Notes: a model not told the origin generated them from the sequence alone. Positions 13,122 to 25,820 are shown, numbered from the stretch's first letter. The stretch: DNA of 64,000 nucleotides from Vicugna vicugna (GCA_013265495.1 MU063499.1:1674001-1738000), one strand, 5' to 3'. Translations and numbers: made by a program.

Positions 13122-13166
<45 letters not shown>
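13092..13166. repeat. Compound (GC)n(AC)n microsatellite, Z-DNA-prone
   Basis: 75 bp of uninterrupted purine/pyrimidine alternation, including ~30 bp of nearly pure (GC)n. Confidence 0.95.
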
Positions 13167-13168
<2 letters not shown>

Positions 13169-14615
13169 TGCTGAGTCTCCTCATGCATAAACACACGCAG
13201 CCATGTCCCCACATCCCACATGGTTGGCCGTGTGGCCTCCCCCACACACACACCCACTAGCTTACTGTGCTGCAGCCAACAGTGGTTATAACCATCTCTC
13301 CTGAGCCTGGCACTCAAGGCCACCATGATCAAGCCTCAACAGACCACTCCAGCCAGATCTCCTCAAGTGGTCCCTGGACACAAGGACAGAGGAGGAGAGG
13401 CTCTCCATCTCCATCCATTAGTCTGTCTATGTGTCTGTAGAGGTGCCCATCACTCTAGGGGAGCCCCCAGGACAGACACTCTGAGATCCCTCTACAGGCG
13501 CCTTCTCTCTAAGCCTGAGCTGGGGTGCACTGTCCCTCGCCCTCTCTCAACCTGTCCTGGGCAGCACCTGGGCTCTGACTTGCCCTGAGCTGATGCTCAG
13601 CACTGGAGGAGGCAGAACTCAGAGGAAAATGAGGCCTCACTGAGCACCTATTCTGTGCAAGGCTTTCACATCACTGTTGCATCTGGTCCTTGTCACTGTC
13701 CTAGTCACCCTGTCCCTGCCTGCACATCTTGCATCCCGCTCCTCTCATGGACAAAGAACGAGGTCCTCAGGGAGTGCCCTTCCCCAGTCACACCCAGCTT
13801 GCCTAATCTCCTCCAGTGTTCCTCGGCTGTTTTGCAGGCTCAGGGATAAATCTCAGTTGCATCTCTTCTCTGGACCAGACAGGAGTCGGGGCGGGGGGCA
13901 GAGTGTCCTTTTTGCTCACCACTAGCCCAGGCTCATCTTGCCACACTCAGCTGTGATACTCTGGTCTTGCCCTTTATGGGAGAAGTCCACAAGCCAGGCA
14001 GTTCCTCAGGTCCTCACAGGCCCTGAAGCAGAGGTGCCTCATGATCCCATTTTGCAGATGCAGAAAGTGAGACGTTGAGAGTTTAAGCAACTCACTTGCG
14101 AGTAAGCTCACAACAGAAGTGGCTGAGGTGAGAACTGACCCTGGGTCAGGTCATCAACAAGGCTGGCTGACACCCTACACCTCTGATACAGAAGGGAAGG
14201 CTGAAAGCCCGAGGCCAAGAAAGCTGCATGCTGGCCCCAAGCTCGCAGACTGCGGTATTCAGTGCACGGTGTTCTTTCAGGAGGACAAAGCCTCCCCCTG
14301 AGGATTTCCTGAGGCTCGGACTCCAGATTGCAGGGAGCATGTAGCCTGCTGGGGCTGGGATGCGAACCCTTCCAGGCCACAGCTCATATTTGCATCTGGT
14401 AATGGGCTCCTTACTAGGCCCTTCTATCTCCACTGTCAAACGGCCTCCAGGGGCTTCTCTTTGTGGGGTGTCATTAGCTGTTCTTCCCCTTGGGAGGGAA
14501 GTGGCCAAAGGGGTCTTTGTCCAGTGGCCTTGAAAACTGACCTTGGAAGAGTGAGTACAATGGCCACTGTCCACAGCCCCCTCAACTCCTTTTTCTCCCT
14601 AAGGGTGGGCGTGGC

Positions 14616-14785
14616 AGGGAGAGGAAGAAGGAAGGGGAGGGAGAAAAGAGAAGGGAGGAGGGAGAGGAAGAGATTGGGGGAAGATAGGGAGGAGGGAAAG
14701 GAGGCGGGGAACGGGGGAGGAGAGAGGGAAGGAGGAGGAAGGTGTAGGGAGAGAGGAGGAGGGAGGGAAGAGGAGGAGAGGAGGA
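14616..14785. repeat. GA-rich polypurine low-complexity tract
   Basis: 170 bp containing only 7 pyrimidines. Confidence 0.9.
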
Positions 14786-17700
14786 CGCACCAACCTGACC
14801 TGCAGAGAGGCTGGAGGGAGGGGGAGGCTGGCCGCAGGGGAGGCAGCGATGGCTGCAGGAGACAGATAAGGTTGGGGAGAAAGACACGCTCCACTGATGG
14901 GAGCGCAGGGATTAGGGGCTCCAAGGGCCTGTCCTGGGCCTGTGGGTGGAAACTCGGGAAGAAGAGAAGCTGCCCTAATGAGAAGGGAGGAGAGAGAAGA
15001 GTGATCCCACTTCATGGGACCCCTGTGCCCTTTGTGAGTGATGAAAAAGGCCCAGGCCCCTGGCCCCAGGCAGGGCAGCATGGAAGATCCCCTGAGCTCA
15101 GGGCCCACCCCCAATCAAAGATGACAAGTCATGGCTGTGGCCCGTCCTCTGCATGCCACCCTGACATCCTCACACCCTGGCAGGCGTATGCCAGCCCATG
15201 GCGGCAGCAGGGACTGTCCCTACCCTGGTGGACCCTGGCGACCCTTCACATATGTGTCCACAGCAATGTCCTCACACACTCACAGCCACGCAGGTCTCTC
15301 AGATCCCCATATTCTGCCTGGTGCCTGTGGCCTCTCACCTGGGGCAGGTGAAGACATGCCCGTACCATCCAGGCTGCGCCCATTGCCAAGTGAGGGAAGA
15401 GCCCTGCGCCGCACACTGTCATTCTCAGCAGTAGATTCTGAGGACACCTCTGTCCTCAGCCTCTGAGGCAGGATGAGGCAGGCCCCTTATGGAGGCCCCT
15501 GGGTTCCTGGACCCCAAGCTAGAGGAGACCAGGCCTGAGGCTCCCTGAATTTGCACTGGTTGTGGGCCCGGGCCTGGAACCCAAGTCCCTCCTGGCCAGG
15601 GGAACACAGCTCTGCGTGGGTGGGGGTGGGGCCCTGGCCTTGCTTGCAGTGCTGTGCCCAGTACCCGACCCACGTGGGCGCACTGTGGGCACTCACAGAT
15701 GTCTCGGGTGCATTTGTCCTGAGCTGTTTGAAGTTGGGTCTCCCAGGGGCTTGGTGGGAAGGGGTGCCGCTTCTAGGCCCAGGTAGAACTGTGCAGGGAC
15801 CTGCCTGAGGCAACCTCCTCTCTGGGGGAGTCCAGCTGATGAGACTAAGAGTCAGGAAAGGTGCTCAGTGTCAATGCCGTGGGATGAAGATAGGCCCTGT
15901 TGGCTGATAGCCTGGCTGCTGGGAGCAGGTGATGGAGATAAATGGTCCCTGTCCTGGGTGGGGGTCAGGGCTGGGTGAGGCAGCCTTGGGCTTGACGGAT
16001 GACTCAGGGCTGGGCCAGGAAGTCAGGGAGGGCTCCTGCAGTGGATCTGCCTGGGTAGCAGGAGCCCAGCTGTCCACAGCCTACCAAGGCTACCTACCAC
16101 CTCCATGGGGCTGAGGGTTTGGGGGACAGAGGGGCTGGCCCCACCCTGTCACAGGTGTGGAAGCTGAAGCCCTGGTGAGCCCTCACCTGCCCTGGGCCAA
16201 GCCCCAACCTGGGCAGGAAGTGGGTTTTCCTGGGTGCTTTTGTCAAGGAGACCAAAACCTCCTCATGAATACCTCAGGGTGAGGGCTGGCTGCTAGAGGC
16301 TGGCTCCAGGCCTCATTTGTTCTTTGTTCATTCATTCATTCATTCCCATGTCTGCCCTGGTGTCCTTTCTGGGCTGCTAGAAACTCGTCTCTACCCAGGG
16401 AGGCCAGGCCCTCTCTTCTGGCCTGGAATCTCCTTGACCTTGTCACTCTCCTCCTGCCACACTGGCCGCCTGGCTGTTTCTCCAAGAAGCCTATAGAACT
16501 TTACTTTTCCTGTTGTTGTTCCTTTTCCACCTGGAACACCCCGACCCAAGTGCATGTGGCCAGCAACCCCTGACATTCAGATGCTTCGGTGCCCTCCTCT
16601 CCTTGATTGCCCATCTGAAGCTGTCCCTGCCAATGTATATACATACAGTCCTGGTTTGTTTCCAGGTTTGTTTCCTTTAGAGCCTAAATATACCTTGTTT
16701 GTTGGTTCATTTGTTTGTCATCTGTCTCCCCTAGGCGTTGGGAGCCCAAAGGAGGAGGCACCTCACCAAGCCCTGCCTGGGACCCAAGGTCTTAGCTGCT
16801 TTCTTTACTGGTCCATGAGTGCTCAGGTCCCCAGGGCCACTCAGGACAGTGTAAGGCAGGACCTGTTCATGGACCAGTAACAAGACTGTTGCCAGGGCAA
16901 TGGGCTGCCCATCTCTGAGGGTCCCACATAAAGGCTTAACGCTTTGGATCCAGGTTGTCAGACAGAGTCTAGATGGCCAGGAACCCAAGGACCCTACACA
17001 CCCAGAAAGCAGGTTCCCCAAGCCCTGCCTGGGCTAGGCCCTGGTTCTGGAGCCCAGAGAGGATGCATGTGAAGGTTGACACCAAATCTGGTGCCTCCAC
17101 CCCCAAGATGATGGAGATAAATGAGAAGTGCCTGGAGCTGTAGTGGATGACAAGGAGCCTGGTGCAGCCGAGGGATGCAGAGTTTGGGGACGAGATGCTG
17201 GAAGAACCTCTGATCCCTCCAGGACATTGCCCTCTGTAGCAAGGAAGAGATGGACTCCACAGGTTGTTGTCGGGGGTGGGTATGGGGTTGACTTCAGGGC
17301 CTAGTTCAGCCTCAGCCCACGAAGGGGCAATGCCAGAGCATTTAATGCCACCCTGGTGCCAAATCCTGAGTGGGGGACCAGCTTGGGGCTGTGGAACCTC
17401 AGTCAGCAGTTGTGGCTCCTCTCCTCACCTACTCCACCTTATCTCCCTCTACCTGCCTAGCGTCCTCAGCCCCTAGGAAGGGTCTTCTTGGATACTGTCT
17501 AGGAATCAGTGGGCCTGGCTGGGGCATGGCTGTGGGTGCCTTGGGTAGTCAAGTTCCTGAGAATCATCCTAGTAGCTCCCAATCTCTGTTCCTTCCATCC
17601 AGCTACTATCCCAACAGCCCCCTGGGGAGGTGCTGGGATAGGAGCCACAAACCCCTTCTTCCTCTCGTATGGAAGGGGGGTCCTGTGTCTTGGAAAAGTG

Positions 17701-17823
17701 TGGCTCCATCTTTCCTCAGCTCCTTGGAGGTCCAAGACCACTAGATAACCTTAGGGTCTCTGGAGATCAAGTTCACAGCTCCAAAGAGAAAGGATGGAAT
17801 GGGGCTGAATATGACTTCCACTG

Positions 17824-17837
17824 CTGCCACCTGGTGG
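17824..17837 (-). promoter_or_regulatory. CTCF motif (reverse)
   Basis: Minus strand CCACCAGGTGGCAG, 14/14 match to the core consensus. Confidence 0.65.
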
Positions 17838-18789
17838 TTGAAAGAGGCAAAGCACCTGCTATTGCAATTCCCAGAAGGAGGTGAGGGAAGGGCATGCCTT
17901 ACATTTGGGGGCAGAGGCACAGGTGAGTCAGATATGCATCCCCCCCACCCCCGGCCCCCGCCAGTCCTCCACTAGTATCCTGGCCGGGAATATGGGCCTT
18001 CATTTGCCTTGGATCAGAGCCTCCCAAAATGCTCTCAGACATATGCCCATCAGAACATTCCAGAATGCCTTCAAAGCAGATCTGGCATCAGAGATGGCCT
18101 GTTTGGCCTCCACTGTATTAAGGGAGGACCTAGGGCCTGAAGGACATCCAGGGCCACGCCTAATGGATCTTAATGGCAGAGAAGAGGGGAAGGAGTGGGA
18201 GCTGGGAGGGTAGTGGGGAGAAGGGGGAGCAGAGAGGTGGGTGCAGCCCAGCTGAGCCCTGCCTGTCCTGTCCTTGCCTCACTCACAAATGCAGCTGGTT
18301 CTCTTTGCAGGACCTGAAGTGAGTCCCATAAGGCTCTCCTCAGTGCCCACCGGTGTTGTAGTAACTCTCCTCCCTTCTCCAGAGCTGGGTGAGGGGGAAA
18401 GGGCTTGTTTAGGACCCAAAGGCCTCGGCCAATTGGCCTCAACAGAGGGTCCTCAGGAAGGAAGAGATTTCCCTTCCTGCTACTCCTCAATTCCCCACAA
18501 TTCTGCTGGCATCAAGGTTATTTCAAGGTCACCAAATCCACTGAAGGAATTATGATGTGGCAAGCAAAGTTAAAACTTGGTACCAAAAATGAACTTCTTG
18601 GAGTCCAAGGGGGAAAAAAAATCAAATACATCCCATCAAATGGACTTTTTCTTCTTTTTTCTCAACCTCCTGGTACATCCTACCCTGCCATCCTGTCCTA
18701 CTAGGGCTGGTCTCCTGACACAGTTTGCCCCTCCCCACCCACCACAGACCATGCTATTTCCCCAGTGGTACATTTCCTAAAGTCTCAAT

Positions 18790-19720
18790 AATCATTCAGC
18801 CAAGAGTAACCTCCAAGAATAGATGATGTTGAAATCACTGCATGATAATCTGGAGGGAAAAAATGAACTTGGTTCCATACCTCATACCTTAAAACAAACA
18901 CCAATTCCACTTGGATCAAAGCCAGATGGACTAAAGAATAAAGAACAAATTTCTAGAAGAAAACAAGGGGCTTTTGTACAGCTTTAATCTGATATGACCT
19001 TTTATAAGTATAACAAAAAAATAGAAAAGCCATGAGAGAAAAAATTGGATACACTCAACTACATGAAAATCAAACATTTCCATATGGGGAAAAAAATCAA
19101 AGTTTAAAGACAAACAACAAGCTGAGGGGAAAACTACTAATTTCATATAGGTAAAGGGTAAAGGGCCCCTATAAACCTAGAAGGGAAACACCCACAATCC
19201 CACCGAAAATGGGCAGAGGAGAGGCACACAGAGTTACACAAAAGGGAATCCAAAAGACTTGACTGCTGAAATGATGCTCAACTTCATTTCTCTGAGAGAA
19301 ATGCAGATTAAACAGACGAAGTTGTGAAAGGTCGATGCACATTTCTGGTCAGCACAGGGGAAACTTGTAGTGAGTTGCTTTTTAGAGGATAAATGGTGTG
19401 ACCTCCATGAAAGCAACGTGGCAATATCTATCAAAATTAAAAATGCACATAGATCTTTTGGGCTAGCACTGCCCACTTCTAGGAATTTATCCTACAGATA
19501 AACTCACAAGCCTGTGAAATCCCTCCCCAATGTATTCGCTGTGTGATGTTTCTAAGAGTAATCGATTGGAAGCAGCCTACCCTGAGGAGCCTGGCTGAGT
19601 GAATACTGAGCATCCTCACCGTAAGTACTATGCAGCTATTAAAACGGAGGAGGGTGAGGCAGTGCCACATGAGGTGATGTATGAACAAGATGTGGTGTAT
19701 GTTTAGGCTGTTAACTTTAT
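18790..19720 (+). mobile_element. Degenerate L1M (ancient LINE-1) ORF2 3' / 3' UTR fragment
   Basis: A-rich. ccatacctcatacc..., aactacatgaaaatcaaacatttc and gaaatgcagattaaa are decayed L1 ORF2 motifs; no open frame remains. Confidence 0.8.
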
Positions 19721-22473
19721 GTTCTTTAAAAGAAGGATAAGTGTTCTGGAACCCTGCTGGTGCCCTTCAGAATGCTCAGCCCCCATCTCCCACACATCCT
19801 ACGAAGTTGAGCTGCTTGGTGGCATCCACTTTGCCCTCTTGGTGATGTGTCTGGCCAAGGGGAGCTCACCGGGAATCTAGCAGGCACGAGGGGGACATCA
19901 TGTTTATTCCCTGTTCCCTTCCTGTCCATCCTCCTTTTGATGTTTCTAAACAGAGATCTGGTACATCCCTCCTTGCTCAAAATGCTGCATGGCTCCCTGT
20001 CACCCTCTGGATGGAAGCCAGATCCCTACCATGGACCGCAAAGCCCCACCATGACTTTTAAGGGTCTGCTTCTGCCGGCTGCCCATTCGCTGTAATTCCA
20101 AACCTCTCCAAGCCCCCTGGTCTCAGCAAGGTTCCCTCTGCCTGCAGCCCTCCTCCTTTTCCAGGGGACAGCCTCAAAGGACCCCCTCGTCCTCCCCTGG
20201 CTGCTGTGCCCCTGCCCTGAAAGCAGGGAGCACTCTTCCCTGCATCCCACCTGTGCTCCTGGAATGCAGTTTGGTGCAATGGACAGAGGTACCCCAAGGC
20301 TCTTGGTCTCTGAAACCCTTCGGAGTCTGTGTTCTGCTGCAGGGCCCAGCTCTGGTCCTTCCAGACTTTGGAAAGAAGGTGGCCAGCTTGACTCACCCCT
20401 GGGAGGCTGGACCAAAAGAGGCCAGGGAGGACCTGGTGGGGGACTGGAGACCAAGGCTCAAGGAAAAGCCCTGGTAGGAAAGGATGTTGTTTGAGGCCAG
20501 GTAGGAACAGAACTGCAAGCAATCAGTAAGAAGCCATGTTTGTAAAAATAACTCGGCTGTCAGCAGTGATGAAACAATATAATAAATATGAGAAATAAAT
20601 CTCGTTACCATGTAATGAGCTGCCTTATTAATGCGTTAAACTTGTAAGAAATCCTTAAGTGTTTAATTGGCACCTAATGAGGGTGCCAATTAGGGATCAT
20701 TATACCTTTCTTTAAAAAACCCTAATTGGCAGGGGGGCATTTCAATCAATGCCACAGAGCCAGCTCCGGAGGGACCCCGTCCTGGAGGTGCATCTGGTAG
20801 CTGTACCTGCAGGGCCACACCTCTGGTGGCTAGCCCCACTGGAGCCCACAGCAGGGTCAGGGCCACCGGGGTTGGACCCGCCCAAAGTCACCAGGCACCA
20901 AGACTCAGTTTCTCCTGAGCCACCAAATCCCACTGCTGCTGAAAGCCCGTCTGAAACGGTGCATCTGTCAGGAGGCTACCCTGTTCCTCCAACCAGACAG
21001 GGGGACTCGGGCTGTCTGGAGGCTTCAAGAGGCCAAGAGCTCACTGAGCATCGTGACCATAGTTCTCCTCCAGTGCCCAGCACTCAGTCTCAGCATCCCT
21101 CATGCAGCTAAATCTCATCCTGACTGCTTTTACAAGCAGCCTCATGTGCCTGGCGGGACCTGGGGTGGGCAATGGGACTCAGAGTGAATTCCATCCCTCC
21201 GGTCTCCAGCACTCAGCCCACCCTCCCAGGAAAAGTAAAGCCGAGCAGATCTATATTCCAGACCAGGCCTGCAGAAGAAAAGCGACCTGGGCAGCCAGAG
21301 CATGATTAATTACCAAATTAATCACTCGGGTAATTGCCAGAGAGCTGGGTGGAAAGCAGGGAAGGAGGCTGCTGCCCACCCGGGCAAGGCCCAGCCAGGG
21401 GCAGGGGGCTATAACCCTGGCCCAGGCCTGGGGCGAGAGGGCAGAGGCAGGAGACTGGCTGCAGTCTGAGCAGATGGCTTGGGCAGAATGGAGGCAGCAG
21501 ACTGAGGGGCTTGGAAGCCAAACTAGGGGGTTCCAGAGTTCAGGAGAAGCCTTGCAGGCCTGTGAGTGGAGGATGGAGGTGCTGTTGGGGCAGTGGTGAG
21601 TTGGGCATAGCTGGGAGCCCAGGGAAAAGATGGCCAGCCAGGAGGGCTGCATGGGCACACTAGTAGGACTTGGAGGAAGGGAGGTAACTGACTTTGGGGG
21701 CTATAGGTTGCAGGAAGGACCCTGTTTCTTGCCTGGGGATGGGGAAGGCAGCTGGCATCTCTGAGCTGGACAGAGCATGAGACAGGGCAAGGGACCAGCC
21801 CCTCCTCTGTGGCCTGTGGACTCCCAGGCTCCAGGGCCCTAAGCCAGGCTGGGGTTCTTGTAAAGGGGGAATGGGACTAGTAGCCTCTACCATCTGCTGG
21901 TTTTCAGGAATTGTCAGGAACCTGAGGGATCCCATCCTTCCCCAGTGGAAGACCATTCAGGTGGCTAAGTGGAGTCAGATCAGAGGGCTCTCTGTCCCCG
22001 GAGCTCAAGCCCTGACCTTTCTCTCCTGCCCCAGCTGTTCCCACTTATCCCTCCCAGGCTGGATCCCAGAGGCTGGGCTGTGTTTTCAGGAGGCCCCAGA
22101 TCAGGCTGGGTTTGGAGCAGGGGACTGCCCCATGGCCCTGCCCCTGCCTGGTAGTGGGAGGCTTGGTGGGACCACATGTGCTCCTGGGCAGAGGTAACTT
22201 TAGAACTTGGGCCGCAAGGGAGGGTTTAGACCAGAGGCTGAGCCAGAACATATGACCTGAACCAGGTGCACCGGCAGCCCCTGTGGCCCCAGGGCTGCCC
22301 GAAGGCTGAGTCTACTGTGATTCAGAGTCTCCCACTCCTGTGAAGGCCCTGTAGCCCCTGGGCCACACTTTGAATCTTCAGCGTGTTAAATTAGCAAATA
22401 ATTACCTAGTGTTTCCTGTGTGTCAGGCACTGTTCTAGGCCCTCTACAAATACGAACTCTTAATCCTATCAAG

Positions 22474-22995
22474 TAGTGGGAGACAGACACAACTAGCCTC
22501 TGATTCGCCCATCTGCCGGGACAAGCGGAGCCAATTGCAAGTATCAACTTCCACCTTCTGCAAAACCCACCCATCAGCATTTATCCTTTAGCATAATTTA
22601 TCGGCATAATAACTTCCACCTCCCCCGACCTGAGTGAGGACTACTGGCGGGAAAGTTCATCCCTGGCCCTCTTTTCAGACATGCCCCTTTCACTTTCAGT
22701 ATATCCACCAATCAAAACTTACCTCACAGTACCCCTCATTTGCATAAGAACCCACCAATCAGCTCCTACCCATGGGGATAAGTAACCAAGTCTGAGCGTT
22801 AGAAAGTGGGCTCCATCTGAATGGGAACCTCTTTTTGCGGGTGTTCCCCAAAGCTTACATGCAGTGTGGGCTCCAGTACAACCGGAGCTCTCTCTGCAGG
22901 TTTCCAAAAATAGGTCTGACTCTGCCATTGCATTGTGTCTGTTTTTTTCTTTTTATTATTTCTCTCTGACTCTAAGAGGGAGGGCCTGTCTTACA
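22474..22995 (+). mobile_element. LTR-like insertion (family unassigned) splitting a MIR
   Basis: The two halves of a reverse MIR flank it (~22385-22470 and ~22996-23075). It ends in ...ttaca and carries an internal ATTTGCAT and CCAAT. TSD not resolved. Confidence 0.5.
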
Positions 22996-24276
22996 CTTTA
23001 CAGAGGAGGAAACTGAGTCAAGAAATTTAGGGCCTTACCTCTAGTCACTAGCGGATTAGTTGAGATTCAGACCAGCTGGTTCATGGAGCAAAGAGCATTT
23101 GGCTGAGTCTAGTTGTCCCAGAGTCTTTGTGCAGAGGTCTCTGGGGTGTATGGCATGTGCACCCACAGGGGGAGGCTGACTGTCCATGAGTCACACCCGG
23201 TTTTGATGGTGGTGTGCGGTCAGTCACACTGCTGGCTTCTCAGTCAGGCTGCATGTGGACACTTACCACTTTGTGGGAGCTGCCTGTTCCTTGCTTTCAG
23301 TTCCTGCCATCCCCAGCCCAGAGCGAGCAGCCGTGGATTCCACAGAGCTAGCTTCAAAACTGGCTACAGGTGGGACAGTTAATTGATCTCATCTGGAAAG
23401 AAGTCTTCACAGTGGGGGAGGGGAGACAAGTCTCCTTTATCATTTTTCTATGCAATGCCCTTGTAGGCACTGAAAGGAGCTAAGATCTGAGGTAAAGATG
23501 GCATTGACAGCGGAAGTCCCAGGGCAGGCACAAGTGGCAGTGGGAAAGTTCCAGGAGGGAGTGATCTGCAGATATTGTGAGCTTAGCTCATGACCACCAG
23601 AGGGAATGCCCATCATCCAGCCAGCTGAACCTGACAGCAGGCCTGCCCTGTCTCCTGGGGACAGGAAGGTTGGCATCCTTCCCTCCCTATGGAAGCTGCC
23701 TGGTGAAGCTGAGGGGAGAGGCAGTCCCTGAACAACCCTCGGTGTTTGGCACAGACCCCTCCTGTCTTCAAATGCCCACAAGGGCTGCTCTGTTGACTGG
23801 TGAATCCTTGGGTTCAGCCTTTATCCCCTGCTGGGAGAAGTGACTAGATACCAAGTCAGGGCCCGCAGCCTAGACCTTCCAAAATATGCATAGGGGAGAT
23901 CTTTGGGGATTGTTCTGGGAAGACCCATCCTCCATAATAAAAGTTCAAGTAAGCACATACGTTTATTGAAGACTCCACGTGCTTTCATATATTAAGTCTT
24001 ATTTAATTCTCATGAGGGAAGGACCACTTATCAATCCTCCATTCAATGAATAGCCCTGAGCACCTGTTATGTATCCGGCTCCGTTCTGGAGTCTCAAGAC
24101 ACAGACATGTGAAGTCTTCTTGACCCAGCCCCAGTCCAGCCTGCTTCTGACAGGGAGGAAGCAAACAGCTTCAGTGCACCAGCCACCCAGACTGCTGAAA
24201 AAAGCCTCAGGGCCAAATTTCACTCAGAGCGCCCCAGTATTGGCCCCACATGCCGAGCTCATGATCTAGGCCTGCA

Positions 24277-24290
24277 CCGCCACCTGGTGG
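24277..24290 (-). promoter_or_regulatory. CTCF motif (reverse)
   Basis: Minus strand TGA-CCACCAGGTGGCGG-TG, 14/14 match to the core consensus. Confidence 0.7.
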
Positions 24291-25820
24291 TCACATTGGG
24301 AAGAGCTCCAGAATACTCTTGGCAAGGGAAATTGGTCCACTCACCACTGAGGCTTGGGGAGGTTATCCTTGGGGATGGAAACAGGCCTCCTGGGTCCCTT
24401 TGGCATAGTGGAGAAGGGTGTGGTCTTTCTGGAGGAGTCATTCAGCAGCACCCTTGGCCTGGTGATCCTCGCAGAGCTGTCTGATAGACCCACTTCCCCA
24501 CCAGCACCAGTGTGGAAGACAAGGGTACTCAGTAAGAGACAATGCTTATGGCACATAGGGTTGGCCCAGCGCAATGTAGGCGCCCCATGTTTGTAGGGGT
24601 CATCTGGTGAGATCTCCATTACTTGTGTCATGGCTGTGAGGAAGTCCATCATCCCCTAAACCTTGTCCCTGCCCAGCCTGAAACGTCCCCCCTCAACTTG
24701 TGTCCAAACCCAGCACAAGGCCCAGCACCATGAAAGCCTTGCCTTATCCCTACTCAGAAGGGGTGTTTCTTCCTCTGAATTCCCCTGTCACCTTGCCTGT
24801 GCCTCTTGTCACCTCCTAGTGAGGGGTGAATTGTTGCTGACAGCATTGTTGTTTGACTCTCGTGCTGGGTGGGACTCTTCCGAGGCCAGCCCCCTGTGGG
24901 TGCCCCTCAGCCCCAGAGTCCAGCTGGGGCCTGGTTTGGAGGAGTTCGGAAGGACTGAAGAGAATGAGTGAGTGGTGAGGGAAGGGACAGCTCTGTCTTC
25001 AGAGAACATTCCTTCTTTGGGAGTCTTGGATGTGAGCTCTGGGGTTAGCTCAGCTGGGGTCAAATCCAGGCCCTGCTGCATGCTAAGTAACCCTAGTGCT
25101 TTGTGCCCAGTTCCCCCACGTATAATATGAGGGCACAAGTGGTACCCAGGCTATGGGGTTCCTGGGAGGAGTTAAACGGGCTTTGCTTCTGCCTGCCAGT
25201 GTCCTGGCAGGTTCACACACAGACTCTGGGGCTGACCCACCTGCAGGGATTTATGGCAGGAATTCTGTCCTCCTCCATTAGGGGCTTCAGAGTGTCACCT
25301 TATTGACCTGTTATTGAGCTGCTGCTAAGTCCCTTAAGTCGCTCATAATCTGTTCTCAGCCTCCTCGGGGTGAAGAGCGTCTTGGCGATCTCTGCCAGGG
25401 AGGGGCCCACACTCCCATTACTTGGCTTTCTGGGGCTTCCAGCCTGCTGGCATGGGAGCAGGGGTGGGGCAGTGGTTCTATATCTGCCTCCTGGACCTAA
25501 GTAGCAGGGCTGGGGCTAGGATGAGGTGAGTGAGGCGCCCAGGGCACAGATTTGAGGAGGCATTCATGTTCAGGTTGGTGCAAGTGTAGTACCAGCACCT
25601 GAGTGAGGGCTTCTGACATTTTAAACCCTAGGCTCCCATTCACCTCAGCCTAGTCCTGGCCCAGCCAGATAAGTCCCCAAGTCAGGACCTGCAGTGTGAG
25701 GGCTGCTCTCCACACCACATGGGGGAGAGGTTGAGTGCAGGGGGGATCCGAGGATGGGGCCAGAGGAGAATTCAGGGCCACCAGACAGGCGACTGGGCTG
25801 AGGATGGGGCAGGAAGGCAT

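Noticed and set aside
13283-13294. Perfect 12-bp palindrome TGGTTATAACCA
   Set aside because: About 15 such palindromes are expected by chance in 64 kb.
15190-15210. CTCF-like ccatggcggcagcag
   Set aside because: Only the 3' half matches; too many core mismatches.
14461-15351. Longest ORF in the track (296 aa)
   Set aside because: Driven by the stop-free GA-rich tract, with low-complexity G/R/E composition and no domain.
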